64,000 bases of DNA from Octopus vulgaris (lineage: Eukaryota): NCBI GenBank assembly GCA_951406725.2, contig OX597839.1, forward strand, positions 41,044,001-41,108,000, read 5' to 3'. This document shows positions 26,910 to 41,261 of this stretch, in pieces (position 1 is the stretch's first letter; each line of letters starts with the position of its first letter). The translations under genes were made by a program, and so were the position numbers. A model generated the notes under the pieces. That model had not been told where the DNA came from and searched no databases. It saw only the letters and a list, made by a program, of their open reading frames with translations.

Positions 26910-27640
26910 TCCAGAAAGAGTCAGATATAGTTGTCAGAATTTCTGCAACTTCACCATCCCCAATTTCGGGCCTCCTAATCACTAGTGTAGTAGCTTGAAT
27001 GTGTGCCACCTGGGGTGGACCTTCCATTTGCCACTGCCAGAACCCCACAAAAAACACATATTGCCTACAGCAGACCCAGAAATGGTGCCCCTTTAAAAGT
27101 GCCATCCGGAGCAGAATGCCCCTACCACCCCACTCCCTAGCTATGCTAGTGCTCCCAGAAAGAGTTATAGTTGTCAGAATTTCTGCAACTTCACTATCCC
27201 CAATTTCGGGCCTCCCAATCACTAGTGTAGCAAGAATGTGTGCCACCTGGGGTGGCCCCTCCATTTGCCACTCCCAGAATCCCACAAAAAACACATATTA
27301 CCTACAGCAGACCCAAAAATGGTGCCCCTTTAAAAGTGCCATCCGGGGCAGAATGCCCCTACCACCACACTCCCTAGCAATGCTAGTGCTCCCAGAAAGA
27401 GTTATAGTTGTCAGAATTTCTGCAACTTCACCATCCCCAATTTCGGGCCTCCCAATCACTAGTGTAGTAGCTAGATTGTGTGCCACCTGGGGTGGACCTT
27501 CCATTTGCCACTCCCAGAGCACCACAAAAAACACATATTGCCTACAGCAGACCCCAAAAATGGTACCCCATTAAAAGTGCTATCCAGGGGCAGAATGCCC
27601 CTACCACCCCACTCCCTAGCTATGCTAGTGCTCCCTAATC
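26910..27640 (+). repeat. Tandem triplication of a ~240-bp unit (transposase piece plus hAT-like MITE)
   Basis: ATAGTTGTCAGAATTTCTGCAAC recurs at 26927, 27167, 27404; each unit holds CACTAGTGTAG...ATGCTAGTG termini. Confidence 0.9.
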
Positions 27641-27866
27641 CCTCTGATATAATCCCATGGATTACAATGTGTGTGGTGAGGCTGAGTAAGACAACAACCA
27701 CTCTGCCTGCCACACCAAGGCCGAGCTGATCAAGATCGAGGAGGTGTTTGAAGATCTTCCCAGGGAGACAGCAAGGGATTCATGCACTAGATTCTGGAGC
27801 CATGTTGAGGCCACAGAGGGGGCTAAGAGCAGCTACTTTGAGTAAACTGGTATTACCCATAATATA

Positions 27867-28081
27867 TATTTCTTTACTGCCCACAAGGGGCTAAACACAG
27901 AGGAGACAAACAAGGACAGACACACGGATTAAATCGATTATATCGACCCCAGTGCGTAACTGGTACTTGATTTATCGACCCGGAAAGGATGAAAGGCAAA
28001 GTCAACCTCGGCGGAATTTGAACTCAGAGCGTAACGGCAGACGAAATACGGCTACGCATTTCGCCCAGCGTGCTAACGTTT
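27867..28081 (-). mobile_element. SINE family B with TSD
   Basis: CCCATAATATA duplicated at 27856-27866 and 28082-28092. Confidence 0.85.
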
Positions 28082-28116
28082 CCCATAATATAGTTGAATC
28101 TCTTCATTTTATTATA

Positions 28117-28590
28117 ACTAGCAATATCGCCCGGCGTTGCTCGGGTTTATTTCGACCCTTTAGAATTGGAATTTTTGAAAAGTAAAAATTTTGCATTATG
28201 TAGCTTGTTATTCTCTTTAAGTGAACATTTTTCTGGTTGAAACACACCGAATAAATGGTGACACAGCAGTCTAAAAATCATAAAAAATGGGGATTTTCAT
28301 AGAAAAAAAGCACCTTTTTGATGTAAATAATTTTTGGTGTTAACATGGTCCAATTTGAATTTTTTCTTCTACTTTGCATTATGTAGCTTGTTATTCTCTT
28401 TAAGAGAACATTTTTCTGGTTGAAACACACCGAAAAATGGTGACACAGCAGTCAAAAAATCGTAAAAAATCGGGATTTTCATAGAAAAAATGCACCTTTT
28501 TGATGTAAATAATTTTTGGTGTTAACATGGTCCAATTTGAATTTTTTCTTCTACGGAAGGAAGAGCAAGCCTTCTTCTATCATACTCCTT
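28117..28590 (+). mobile_element. Helitron/Helentron-like non-autonomous element with internal 183-bp tandem duplication
   Basis: Begins ACTAGCAATATCGCCCGGCGTTGCTCGGG; 28190-28372 repeated at 28373-28554. Class assignment rests on the terminus only. Confidence 0.55.
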
Positions 28591-28813
28591 TGAGTACTGT
28601 TTGAATAAGCATGAAGCATTGAAACTGGTCATAGCCAACTCTTTTTTGTATAATAAATTATAATAAATTATAATAAATTATAATGAATTATAATAAATTT
28701 GATTCCATAAACAATGTTAATGACTTTACTCATTAAATGCTTATTGTTGTTGTTGTTTAAGTTGACCGCTCCTTAAGCTTATTCATATATACACATATAT
28801 AAATATAATTAAA

Positions 28814-28872
<59 letters not shown>

Positions 28873-29006
28873 TTCTCTTTTTTACACACACATTGTGTGA
28901 GCAGTAAAGGGTCACAAAAGGGAGTTACAACAAAGTAATATTAATGCTATACTAAATACACTCTACTTAGGTATTGAGTACTTTTTGCCTTGTTTGTTAA
29001 TTGAAA

Positions 29007-29037
<31 letters not shown>

Positions 29038-29099
29038 ACGTACATGTGTCAGTATGTACAAATATATTCTGTACACACACACACACGCACATATTACAT

Positions 29100-29252
29100 A
29101 GGCACAGGAGTGGCTGTGTGGTAAGTAGCTTGCTTACCAACCACATGGTTCCGGGTTCAGTCCCACTGCGTAGCACCTTGGGCAAGTGTCTTCTATTACT
29201 TCAGGTTGACCAAAGCCTTGTGAGTGGATTTTGGTAGACAGAAACGTATATA

Positions 29253-29290
<38 letters not shown>

Positions 29291-29500
29291 TGTGTATGTG
29301 TGTCTGTGTTTGTCACCCCAACATCGCTTGACAACCGATGCTGGTGTGTTTACGTCCCTGTAACTTAGTGGTTCGGCAAAAGAGACCGATATAATAAGTA
29401 CTAGGCTTACAAAGAATAAGTCCTGGAGGTCGATTTGCTCGACTAAAAGGCGGTGCTCCAGCATGGCCACAGTCGAATGACTGAAATAAGTAAAAGTAAG
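29100..29500 (+). mobile_element. SINE family A
   Basis: Match to other copies. Confidence 0.85.
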
Positions 29501-29529
29501 AGGAAATACATTCGTATATATACTTACAA

Positions 29530-29827
29530 GCACACACACATATAGAAATATATACACACATACATACACACATACATACATACATACATACATACATACA
29601 TGCATACATGCATACACACAAACATACATACAAACATACATACATACAAACATACATACATACACACACACACACATACATACATACATACATACATACA
29701 TACACACATACAAACATACATACATACAGACATACATACATACATACATACATACATACATACATACACACACACACATACATACATACATACATACATA
29801 CACACATACAAATATACATACATACAT

Positions 29828-29862
<35 letters not shown>

Positions 29863-29999
29863 TACATACATACATACATACATACATACACACATACATA
29901 CATACATACATACATACACACATACATACATACATACATACATACATACATACATACATACATACATACATGCATACACACATACAAACATACATACAT

Positions 30000-30032
<33 letters not shown>

Positions 30033-30230
30033 TACATACACACATACAAATATACATACATACATACAAACATACACACATACTTACATACATACATACA
30101 TACAAACATACATACCAACATACACAAATACATACATACATACATACATACATACATACATACATCCATACACACACACACACATACATACATACATACA
30201 TACTTACATACATACATACACTCACACATG
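29530..30230. repeat. (CATA)n/(CA)n microsatellite
   Basis: Direct reading. Confidence 0.95.
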
Positions 30231-30391
30231 TATACCCATGCATAAAGATCTGTATATTAACATATGCAAATACATAAAAGCCTGTGTGTGCATATACATA
30301 TACATACCGTATGTATATATTATTCATTATATATACACGGTGTGTTATGTGTGCGTGTTTATTTATTTATTTATAGTAATTTTCTTTTCAG

Positions 30392-30708
30392 TGGCGGGGG
30401 CTGTGGGGGTTGGGGGGGTCTGTGCAAATGCTGGCGAGGTCAGAGCGTGACCCGGAAGTGATGACAAGTGTGAAGTCTGACGAGGTCACGGAGTAACATC
30501 ATCATCTCTTTAAAGATGGCGGGAGTCGCCTCGCTTTGAGGCTGCAGCGAAGTTGATGAGACGACGACGATGACGACGACGATGATGATGACAGGGGAGA
30601 TGCAAAATGTGATGTGAGCAAGAAGAGAAGAGATGCTTATATATGTCTCCTAGATGAAAGGAGACGAAGAAGAAGTGTGTGTGTATGTATGTGGGGCAGA
30701 GCTAAATA
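30392..30708 (+). promoter_or_regulatory. CpG-enriched promoter or 5' UTR of the plus-strand gene
   Basis: ETS motif CCGGAAGTG (30452-30460), YY1 motif AAGATGGCGG (30513-30522), possible acceptor TTTTCTTTTCAG ending 30391, short uORFs. Confidence 0.5.
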
Positions 30709-31041
30709 ATGTATTTGAAGAAAGCTAAACGCTACTTTGATGTTCCGGACACTAAGGATGTCGGAGAGAAACGGGAGAGAAACTGCGAACAGTCTAACAG
30801 TCATGCCATCTGTATGGGGATGCTGAGAGCTGCCAACAGTTCCTCATCTGCTGCTCTACCGACCACAACAGCCGATGTTTTGTCGTTTGTCAACGATGAT
30901 TTGGCCGTCGAACAACAGACTACTCCGACTGAAAGCGAGAAAGAATTCCACCCCGAAGATTTACCGGACGGGGCTTGCTTTCGACCGAAAAGCGTCCTTG
31001 TCAATTCTGACACCGACCATACTGCTATACGACCGGCCGAG
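30709..31041 (+). CDS. Probable first coding exon (111 codons) of an unidentified protein
   Basis: ATG with A at -3 and in-frame TAA at 30703-30705; complex non-repetitive sequence; donor GAG|GTAAGG at 31042, phase 0. No domain recognised; no downstream exon identified in the window. Confidence 0.65.
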
Positions 31042-31435
31042 GTAAGGACCACACTAGATTCAAGGATTCTTCTATCTTCATCCATAAATTAATTCACCTA
31101 ATCCAGTTATCTTATATGTCCATCTGTCTACCTATCACTTTGTTTCTACCCGTATCTCTCTCTCTCTCTCGGCGTACCTACCTACCTATCTATCCAGGTA
31201 CCTATTTGTTTATCTCTCCACCAATCCAATTTATCTATTTGTTTGCCTGTCGATCGATGGAGGGATCGATCGATCAATCGATCGATGTAGGTCTTGTCTC
31301 TACACACCTATATATCGATCTACGTATCAGTCTTCGTCAACCTCCTCCATACGTACCTACCTACCTATGTCTATCGGCGTTGTTTCTCTCTATATTTGTT
31401 GCTTCCAATATTTCTCTCAAGTTTCCATATATACC

Positions 31436-31474
<39 letters not shown>

Positions 31475-31708
31475 CATCAATCCCCATATAATTCTACCTA
31501 CACACATACCTACCTACCTACCAATCTATGTATGATTTTAGCTATTATGTCGCTACCTACCTATCTATCAATATCCCCTGCTTATCAATCGATCTCTCTT
31601 ACAACATATTGCATATCTTTTGTCACCGAAAGCTACATACTACATCTCGGCATTGCCAAAATATTGTTGTAACATTTACCCCCACCATCGCAAAATCCAC
31701 ATTCTCCT

Positions 31709-32630
31709 ACAAACACCCTTAAAGTAGTCACGAAGACAGCCAACCCCCATCTTGATCAGTGCTCGACTTGCTGCAGAAATAGCAGCCAAATATTCCTGAA
31801 ACCATTCTCTCACAAACACCCTTAAAGTAGTCACGAAAACAGCCAACCCCCATCTTGATCAGTGCTCGACTTGCTGAAGAAATAGCAACCAAATATTCCT
31901 GAAACCATTCTCTCACAAACACCCTTAAAGTAGTCACGAAGACAGCCAACCCCCATCTTGATCAGTGCTCGACTTGCTGCAGAAATAGCAGCCAAATATT
32001 CCTGAAACCATTCTCTCACAAACACCCTTAAAGTAGTCACGAAGACAGCCAACCCCCATCTTGATCAGTGCTCGACTTGCTGCAGAAATAGCAGCCAAAT
32101 ATTCCTGAAACCATTCTCTCACAAACACCCTTAAAGTAGTCACGAAGACAGCCAACCCCCATCTTGATCAGTGCTCGACTTGCTGCAGAAATAGCAGCCA
32201 AATATCCCTGAAACCATTCTCTCACAAACACCCTTAAAGTAGTCACGAAGGCAGCCAACCCCCATCTTGATCAGTGCTCGACTTGCTGAAGAAATAGCAG
32301 CCAAATATTCCTGAAACCATTCTCTCACAAACACCCTTAAAGTAGTCACGAAGGCAGCCAACCCCCATCTTGATCAGTGCTCGACTTGCTGCAGAAATAG
32401 CAGCCAAATATTCCTGAAACCATTCTCTCACAAACACCCTTAAAGTAGTCACGAAGACAGCCAACCCCCATCTTGATCAGTGCTCGACTTGCTGAAGAAA
32501 TAGCAGCCAAATATTCCTAAAACCATTCCCTCACAAACACCCTTAAAGTAGTCACGAAGGCAGCCAACCCCCATCTTGATCAGTGCTCGACTTGCTGAAG
32601 AAATAGCAGCCAAATATTCCTGAAACCATT
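31709..32630. repeat. 103-bp tandem satellite, 9 near-identical units
   Basis: ACAAACACCCTTAAAGTAGTCACGAAG recurs every 103 bp; the ORF track shows the same period. Confidence 0.95.
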
Positions 32631-33851
32631 TTTTTTTTAAAGAATCGAAGACAATGGAATTCTACATACTGTGTCTACAAATAAAGTAAATAAAAATAAA
32701 GACGAGGTAGTAAGCGTGGTCGAAACATATTTTATCATAAATCTAATCGGATCAATGCTAACCTATGGTTAAATACAGCTCCTACTAACAAGGCTATACA
32801 CAGCAACAAGCCTGCTAGGAATGTTGAATGTAGTCACCTGAACTGCGAGAAATAGCAGCCAACTATTACCTAGATTACACCTAAACGCCTCGAAAAGAGA
32901 AGTTTCAGATTGCGTAGTGTAATCTTAGACACATACCCCCTGATGATAACAAAGAAATAATAATGAAAGTCAGGTTGGTCATATCTGGAGCACCTTTGAT
33001 CTCAGCCTTGCTGGATCAGGGTGGCCCTGGTACTAAGCAACATCTAGATATGTTTTATACGACATATACACACTTTATTATACACCAGTTTATACGTAAG
33101 CTAACGTGGGAGTCTCTTTCTGTCTCCAGATTGGTACTAGACCGGCAAGAAATAACAGCTAAGTCTCCCTCAAGCCCTGCCTTAATTTCATTTCAGTGGA
33201 AGGATGTATGAGTAAATATATGCTAATCGTAGATTTTACACTGCCTCGAAAATATATACACAAAAGACGTATATACACGCGCATTCGGTTCACAAACCAA
33301 CGAAGTAGTAGACGCATAAGTATTCTGCCTGCTAAAAATAACAGCTAAATCTCCCCATGAAAAAAAAACCATCATTAAAAAAAAATCTAAACAAACAAAA
33401 AGATACATCACTAACAATAGTTCTAGATTTTATAGACAGGGTGGTCATTGTTGGAACAGCTTTTATCTTAAGGTCTGCTCCCTCTTTGGTTTGGTTGATC
33501 CTGGAGGGAGTTTAAATAATAAAAAAACAACGACAAAACAGTGTCTATGACTCCCCCCACCCCGAAAATATTTAACCTAAGAGCCAGGGAGGGAACCGTT
33601 AGGTGGTCGTTCAAATGGCTAGAAACAACAGCCAGATCTTTTTTACAGATCACGCCCTACTCGTTGTGTGTGTGTGTGTGCGCGCGCGCGCGCGTATTAT
33701 CTTTTGCTTATTGGACTGAAAATCTTTGGATTGCGGCCAAACTGGGGCACCGCCTTGAAGGGTTTAGTTGAGCAAATCGTCTCCAGTATTTTTTTGTTCA
33801 AAGCCTTTATACTTCGAAACGCCAAGTTACGTGGACATAAACAAACCATCA

Positions 33852-33899
<48 letters not shown>

Positions 33900-35206
33900 T
33901 GGATACACCGAGGTCTGGATAAAAGACGTGTTATGGCCTACTGTTGGAACATTCTTTGATCGTAGGTCTGTCTACCCGAAATTGGGTTGACCCAGGTGGT
34001 AGTGATGCTGGATGGCACAACAACGGCAATAACCATCACTACCACTGCCGCCGCCGTTGCCACCCGTTTACTCTTAGTCGAAGGGAGCTTCTATGTGGTC
34101 GTTCGACCTTCCTACAAGAAATAGCAGCCATCTCATCCTCAAACCACACCCAACCATCTTTAAAACGGAAGGATACACAGATGCAGCTATTATAACTAAG
34201 TGCATTATCAAATGTGTTGAAATTGGAACAGGTTGGTCATGGCTTTTGGAATGTCTTTGATCGTATATAGATCTGCGCGATCAGGACAACGGAACCCGTG
34301 TGTATGCATGCAGTCTTTGGAACTGCTAGTCATGGCAGCCAAATCTTCAGATCACACGGCCTTCTATTTGGAAAAAATGTAAAGGAAAAACAAAAAAATG
34401 GGGGCGGACACTTCGGATATTGTAGTCCAAGATTGTTGTTGCCATTTAGATCCCCCCCCCCAAGTTAATCCCGATTGAGCAGATAGACATATGACCAAAA
34501 GCTTTTCTAGGCGTGACCATCTTGAACTTTAGGGTCCTCCAATGTTTCCCATCACCATCACCACCACAACCACCCATAAAGCAACGACCTCATTTTTAAC
34601 GTGTCCCCTTTTTTTCTCTCTCTCTCTCTAAGATCTAAGACGGTACCGTTGTTATGTCAGATTCTAGCAACCACTGACGTAGTGGTTACTTCGAACAACA
34701 GAATGCTGCTACGCCTGAGGAAAGGACACGAAAAAAAAACCAACAAAAAAAAAAATAAAACCTTTAGATTGGATGGTCACGGCTGGAACGCCTGTTAAAA
34801 ACGTCCAATCGCCCCTACCTCATCAATGTCTCCCATCACGCCCTTCTCCTATTAGCATGACTGACTGACTTGTATGTTTATATTTATTGTCTATCGCCAC
34901 AATATTTATATCCACCCGTTTCGCACCCGATGCCACTATTTATTATTATTCGGTTACATTCTGTTGTTGCTGTTTTTGTCGCTGTCATCGTCGTCATCAT
35001 CATCATCATCAACATTACCATCCTCATCATCATCATTACCGTCATCATCATTATTATTCATGTTGGCCACCCCGATCGTCTCTCTTTCTCCTTTTGATAA
35101 AATAACAGATTTCCTCCTCTTTGAGGTCTTCACACTGGCTTGTTTTGAAAACATTGACATTTATATATCCACTTCAGTTTATGCAACTTGTGTGGAAGTG
35201 CGACCA

Positions 35207-35241
<35 letters not shown>

Positions 35242-35429
35242 CTGTTTCTATGTGTATGTATCTATTTATACGGATGTGTGTGTGTGTATATGTGTGTATG
35301 TGCATTAGAATTTGAAGCTTCTAGTAACGATACAAAAAGCTTAGCATTCGGGTTTCACACACACACACACACACACACACATGCACGCACGTGTATATGT
35401 GTGTAGTACTTTCCTTCCACATTTGTAAA

Positions 35430-35915
35430 CGCCGAAGTCGACTTTGCCTTTCATCCTTTCGGGGGTCGATAAATAAAGTACCAGTTTCCCGACTGGGGGG
35501 TCGATGTAATCGACTTAAACCTTTTGTCTGTCCTTGTTTGTCCCCTCTGTGTTTAAGCCCCTTGTGGGCAGTAAAGAAATAGGTATTTCGTCTGCCGTTA
35601 CGTTCTGAATTCAAATTCCTTTCATCCTTTCGGGGTCGATAAATAAAGTACCAGTTTCCCACTGGGGGGTCGATGTAATCGACTTAAACCCTTTGTCTGT
35701 CCTTGTTTGTCCCCTCTATGTTTAGCCCCTTGTGGGCAGTAAAGAAATAGGTATTTCGTCTGCCGTTACGTTCTGAATTCAAATTCATTTCATCCTTTCG
35801 GTGTCGATAAATAAAGTACCAGTTTCCCAACTGGGGTCGATGTCATCGACTTAAACCCTTTGTCTGTCCTTGTTTGTCCCCTCTATGTTTAGCCCCTTGT
35901 GGGCAGTAAAGAAAT
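35430..35915 (+). mobile_element. SINE family B head-to-tail trimer
   Basis: Three cores joined at AAAGAAATA|GGTATTTCGTCTGCCG. Confidence 0.85.
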
Positions 35916-36079
35916 ACATTTGTAAACACAAACGTTCGCCTAATTCAATATGTATGTATATGAATGAATGATATTTAATATTTCGTTTATAAACACACGA
36001 TCACCAAATCCATATATATACATATATTTATATACCCGTATATATATATATATATACACGTACAGCATCCATATAGCCA

Positions 36080-36242
36080 CATTGGAAGCTGCTTATTATG
36101 ATCACCCTGGGGGTACGAAGAGCTTTCAATGACAAGAAAAACATACCCAGCTGACGATATTGAAGCCATTGAAGATTTTGGGACCCCATAAATTTTGAAA
36201 ACGCTTAACATTATCCATGATTATAATAAGCGGCTTCCTATT
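36080..36242. mobile_element. Small MITE-like element
   Basis: ATTGGAAGCTGCTTATTATGATCA and TGATTATAATAAGCGGCTTCCTAT are 24-bp inverted repeats with 3 mismatches. Confidence 0.55.
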
Positions 36243-36724
36243 GCCTCTGCGAATCGTGCACGTTTAATATATATATATATATATATGCGTGTAGTAACTA
36301 GATACGGATGAACCTTACAAGGTAAATCTTTTAATCTTGGCGATAATTCGCCGAACAGGGAGCGCTCGACAGTTAATTAGAAATTGTTGGACAGTGAAGA
36401 GGAGATATATGACAAATGATTTTGTGAAGTAGATTAATGGAAATGATATTAATAATAAATGAACGGAAGGCCACAATGGATATCGAATATGCCCATATAG
36501 AGAAAAGCGTCAGTTTTACCTTACCATAAACGTTATACATGTATACTGTATGTGTGTGTATATATATGTAGATAGATAGATAGATAGATAGATGGATGGA
36601 TTGGATGGATAAATGGATGGATGGATGGATGGATAAATGGATGGATAAATAGATAGATGGATGGATGGATAAATAGATAGATGGATGGATGGATAAATAG
36701 ATAGATGGATAGATGGATAGATAG

Positions 36725-36757
<33 letters not shown>

Positions 36758-37297
36758 GATGGATAAATAGATAGATAAATATATATATATATGTATATAG
36801 ATAGATAGATATATAAATAGATAGATATATATAGATGTGTGTGTATGTATGTATGTATATATTTATGTACATATATAAACACGAAGTCCCACAGGATATT
36901 TATAATATTTTTTTGTCAAGAACCTTAATTTCTGCAGCTGTTAATTTAAGGGGTCAATGCCAACCGGAACTACATATTTCTGGGAGAAAAACAGAGACTG
37001 CTGGCTCTTCCTTCATCCCTCCCTCCCTCCCACCTACCTACCCCCCCACCATCCATTTCTCTACCTGTATATTTAATTAGCTTCGATGTGCTCCCTTCCT
37101 TCTCCTCCCCCTCCTCCTCCTACCTTCTCTCTGTATCTGTTCATCTATCCACAACATATATCTATATATACCTTTGTTTAACTGTCTGCATTACCTAAGT
37201 ACCTGCCGATGTGCATACCTCTCTCTGCCACTCCCCTCCTCTCTCTCTCTCTCTCTCTATCTATCTGTCTGTCTATTAATTTTCCCATCAATCTTAT

Positions 37298-37347
<50 letters not shown>

Positions 37348-37378
37348 GTCTATGTATGTATGTATGTATGTATGTATG

Positions 37379-37415
<37 letters not shown>

Positions 37416-37481
37416 ATCCATGCATTGAGTCCGTGTGTATGTGTTTGCAGTGTATGTATGTATGTATCTCTCTCTCTCTCT

Positions 37482-37520
<39 letters not shown>

Positions 37521-37585
37521 CCGGAGTAAACACATAAATGTGAAACAAGGTGGAAAAAAAGAGTTCTCAAATACCAGTGGTAGAG

Positions 37586-37733
<148 letters not shown>

Positions 37734-38556
37734 CCAGTCGGTGATACCATAAATAGAATCACTGCATTGTCTAGCTACTTTAACACATACAACAACTATT
37801 GTTCCGGCTGTTGCTGCTGCTGCTACTACTACTACTACTTCTATTATACTACTATAACATACCTGGCGACTACGTTGGTGATGTTTGCAATTAATATAAC
37901 CGTTCATAATATTGATGATGATGATGATGATGATAGTGATGCTGATGATGATGACGACGATGATGATGTTGATTATTGAAGTAGTAGTAGTAGTAGTAAT
38001 TGCAGTGGTAATTCTGGTAGTACTACTACTACTAATAGTAGTAGTTGTAGTAGTAGCGCTAGTAGTCGTAGGGTACCAGTGTGGTTAACAGTTAGCTGTC
38101 CCTCACTGAAAGAGGAGGGGAATATGTGTGTGTGTGTGTGTGTGTGTGTATACCTCCTCCTTTTTTCTTCTTCTCCTCATCTTAGTCGAGTTCGACACGG
38201 CCACCACCACCACCACCACCATCATCATCTTCCTCATCATCTTCCTCATCATCATCATCATCACCGTCATCTCCAACATCACCATCATTAGAGAGACACC
38301 ACGAAGACCGTCTCCACAGCCACCGATGCTGCCGCCAGGCACCACCAGGCATCAAGCATCCATTTATCAGCCACAGTTCTTTTTCTCCTTCGAATACCAT
38401 AACATTAAGGATTTTTTTTTTTTGAAAGGAAAGGGGCTGAGAGACAGCCAGCGTGATGGCGAAGGCGGGCTGCGGGTGCGATGGTATTACTGTGATGATG
38501 GTGGTGACGATGGGGGTGGAGTGTGCCTTCAGATTTTTTCATACACCCAACCACAT

Positions 38557-38890
38557 CCTTCTTCTTCTTCTTCTTCTTCTTCTCCCTTCTTCTTCTTCTT
38601 CTTCTTCTTCTTCTTCTTCTTCTTCTTCTATTCCTTCTTCTTCTCCCTTCTTCTTCTTCTTCTTCTTCTTCTTCTTCTTCTTCTTCTTCTCATTTTCTTT
38701 CTTCTCCCTTCTCCTTCTCATATTCCTTCTTCTTTTTCTTCTTTTTCTTCTATTCCTTCTTCTTCCTCTCCCTTCTTCTTCTTCTTTCTTCTTCTTCTTC
38801 TTTTCTTTCTTCTCCCTTCTTCTCATATTCCTTCTTCTTTTTCTTCTTCATCTTCTCCCTTCTTCTCATTTTCCTTCTTCTTCTTCTTCT
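38557..38890. repeat. (CTT)n-based pyrimidine tract
   Basis: Direct reading. Confidence 0.9.
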
Positions 38891-39231
38891 ACCTCTCTCT
38901 ATTCCACTCCAACCCGCCCCACCTTAACCCAACCCTTCTTTCTCTTATTCCACATACCATCGTCTCCACCACAACCACCACCACCACCACCACCAATATC
39001 ATAAGCACCACTGAATTACTGCTACCTTTTTTTCTCTCCTGTCATATTTATACGTAACTGCTGCTGCTGCGACTACTACTACTACTACTATTAATTATAA
39101 AAACATACTGCTACCAATAATGGTAAATAATGGCAATATTATCTCACGATTTCTTTGTTTGCCGAAAGAGCAGCAACGCAAAGATAGCGACAATGGATAC
39201 ACATTTAATATACATACATACATACATACAC

Positions 39232-39313
<82 letters not shown>

Positions 39314-39439
39314 TATTGTTATTATTAGATTTTAATAAAATATTCATACTTTATTTGTTATGGGTATATTTTCCCCTCTCTTGTAAACACAAACGTCCAT
39401 TAATCCATATTTGTGTTGTGTGTATGTATACATACATAC

Positions 39440-39511
<72 letters not shown>

Positions 39512-39571
39512 GTGTGTGTATGTGTGTACGTACTTAAGTAATGTATGTATGAACGTATATATGTATATTTA

Positions 39572-39618
<47 letters not shown>

Positions 39619-39708
39619 ATATATATATATATATAGATAGATAGATAGACAGATAGATAGATATGCATGTATGTTTATATACATGTTTACGTGTACGTAT
39701 GTTTGTAG

Positions 39709-39748
<40 letters not shown>

Positions 39749-39856
39749 ATGATTATGAAGTTCACATGGGTGTGAACTGCAATTAATCGAAAAAAAATTC
39801 TTCGATACTGTTAAGTGGAATGGAATAACGTTTATTTATTCTTAGGTGAGTCGACT

Positions 39857-39901
<45 letters not shown>

Positions 39902-40219
39902 GCACATATATATATATTAAGTATATACACTTATACGTACGATGAAAATATGTTTACTATCATCGTTTTGGCACCAGCTCTTTTCGATAACATTAACCGG
40001 CTGTTATCGTTAAGCAAATGATATCTGTAACCGACTAATTTTCGATGACAATAACCGGTTGATAACATTATCTCATTTGTCTTACAACAAGCGGTTTCGT
40101 AATAACATCAATGCTAATGATATATATACAAACCGAACACGCACACGCACCCCAATCGCTCGCACCTTACAAAGAGACACATGTACACACCTATTAATAA
40201 CACACAGACACACACACAC

Positions 40220-40264
<45 letters not shown>

Positions 40265-40447
40265 ACCATGTATGTATGTAGTGTATAGTCACACGTTCTA
40301 TGTAAATATACCTTGATACTCTTACAAAAACCTACAAACCCCCTTTGGTGAGGCGGGGGTTTTGGTGGGGGAAGAGATCCTCGTTATCAACCACTGCCAT
40401 TATTTGCTACCTACTACTACTGCTACTACTACTACTATTACTGCTAT

Positions 40448-40490
<43 letters not shown>

Positions 40491-40556
40491 GCTACTACTA
40501 TTAGTAGTGCATTGTTCGGTATTGACATTTATTGATATGATTTAATGTTGACAACT

Positions 40557-40596
<40 letters not shown>

Positions 40597-40812
40597 CGAC
40601 GTTGTGGTGATGATGATGGTGTTGGTATCGGTGGTGGTGGTGGTGGTGATGGTGATGACGATCTCGAATATAAATTTTTGATTACGAGATTGATTACGGT
40701 GATGATAATGATTGATGGCGATTGATGATGATGATGATGATGATGATGGAGAAGAGGAGACAGACTGCTACTGTCGTCAAACCACACCTCAACCCCACAA
40801 CCACCACCACTA

Positions 40813-40855
<43 letters not shown>

Positions 40856-41261
40856 CACTACCACCACCACCACCACCACTACTACTACTACCACTGCTGC
40901 TGTCGCTACTCGATCCATTGAAATAGCCCTGTATGTGGTTGCACCTCGTGCTAGAAGTAGCAGCCGTTTCTCTCTTTAGATTGTGACATCAGTTGTCTTG
41001 GAGGAGGCACGGGTGGTGTAGGGGAAGGGAGGCGAGAGGTGGGTTCGAGGGCACTTTGGATGACCGTGTCTCAGCTGTCACCCTCTCTTAACATAGGGGA
41101 GGAGAAAAAAATTATCGGGATGGTCGTGTCTGGAACGGCCTTTGGTGTCATTAGGTGTCTGCTCTGTCGGTGTTGACCTGGATGATGGACCTAAACAATG
41201 CAAGTTGCTGCTGCTACTATTACTATTACAGCAACCACCATTCATTCTCACTACTTCTAGC

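Larger units (their letters stand above)
25126..27850 (+). mobile_element. Fragmented Tc1/mariner element, DD37D (maT-like) transposase pseudogene
   Basis: TA-CAGGGTGTTCAGG left end; N-terminal piece at about 25275-25393; catalytic region IMVFGCVTSES...PWLERIAPGRPYEWQQDSTPC at 26706-26910 and NPMDYNVCG near 27650. Manual frameshift repair gives 37 residues between the second and third Asp. Confidence 0.75.

Noticed and set aside
26999-27574. 191-aa ORF as a real gene
   Set aside because: Explained by the triplicated MITE/transposase unit; non-ATG start.
31709-32630. CRISPR-like array or tandem 73-aa genes
   Set aside because: Units are near identical over their whole length, with no unique spacers and no cas genes; the ORFs are period artefacts.
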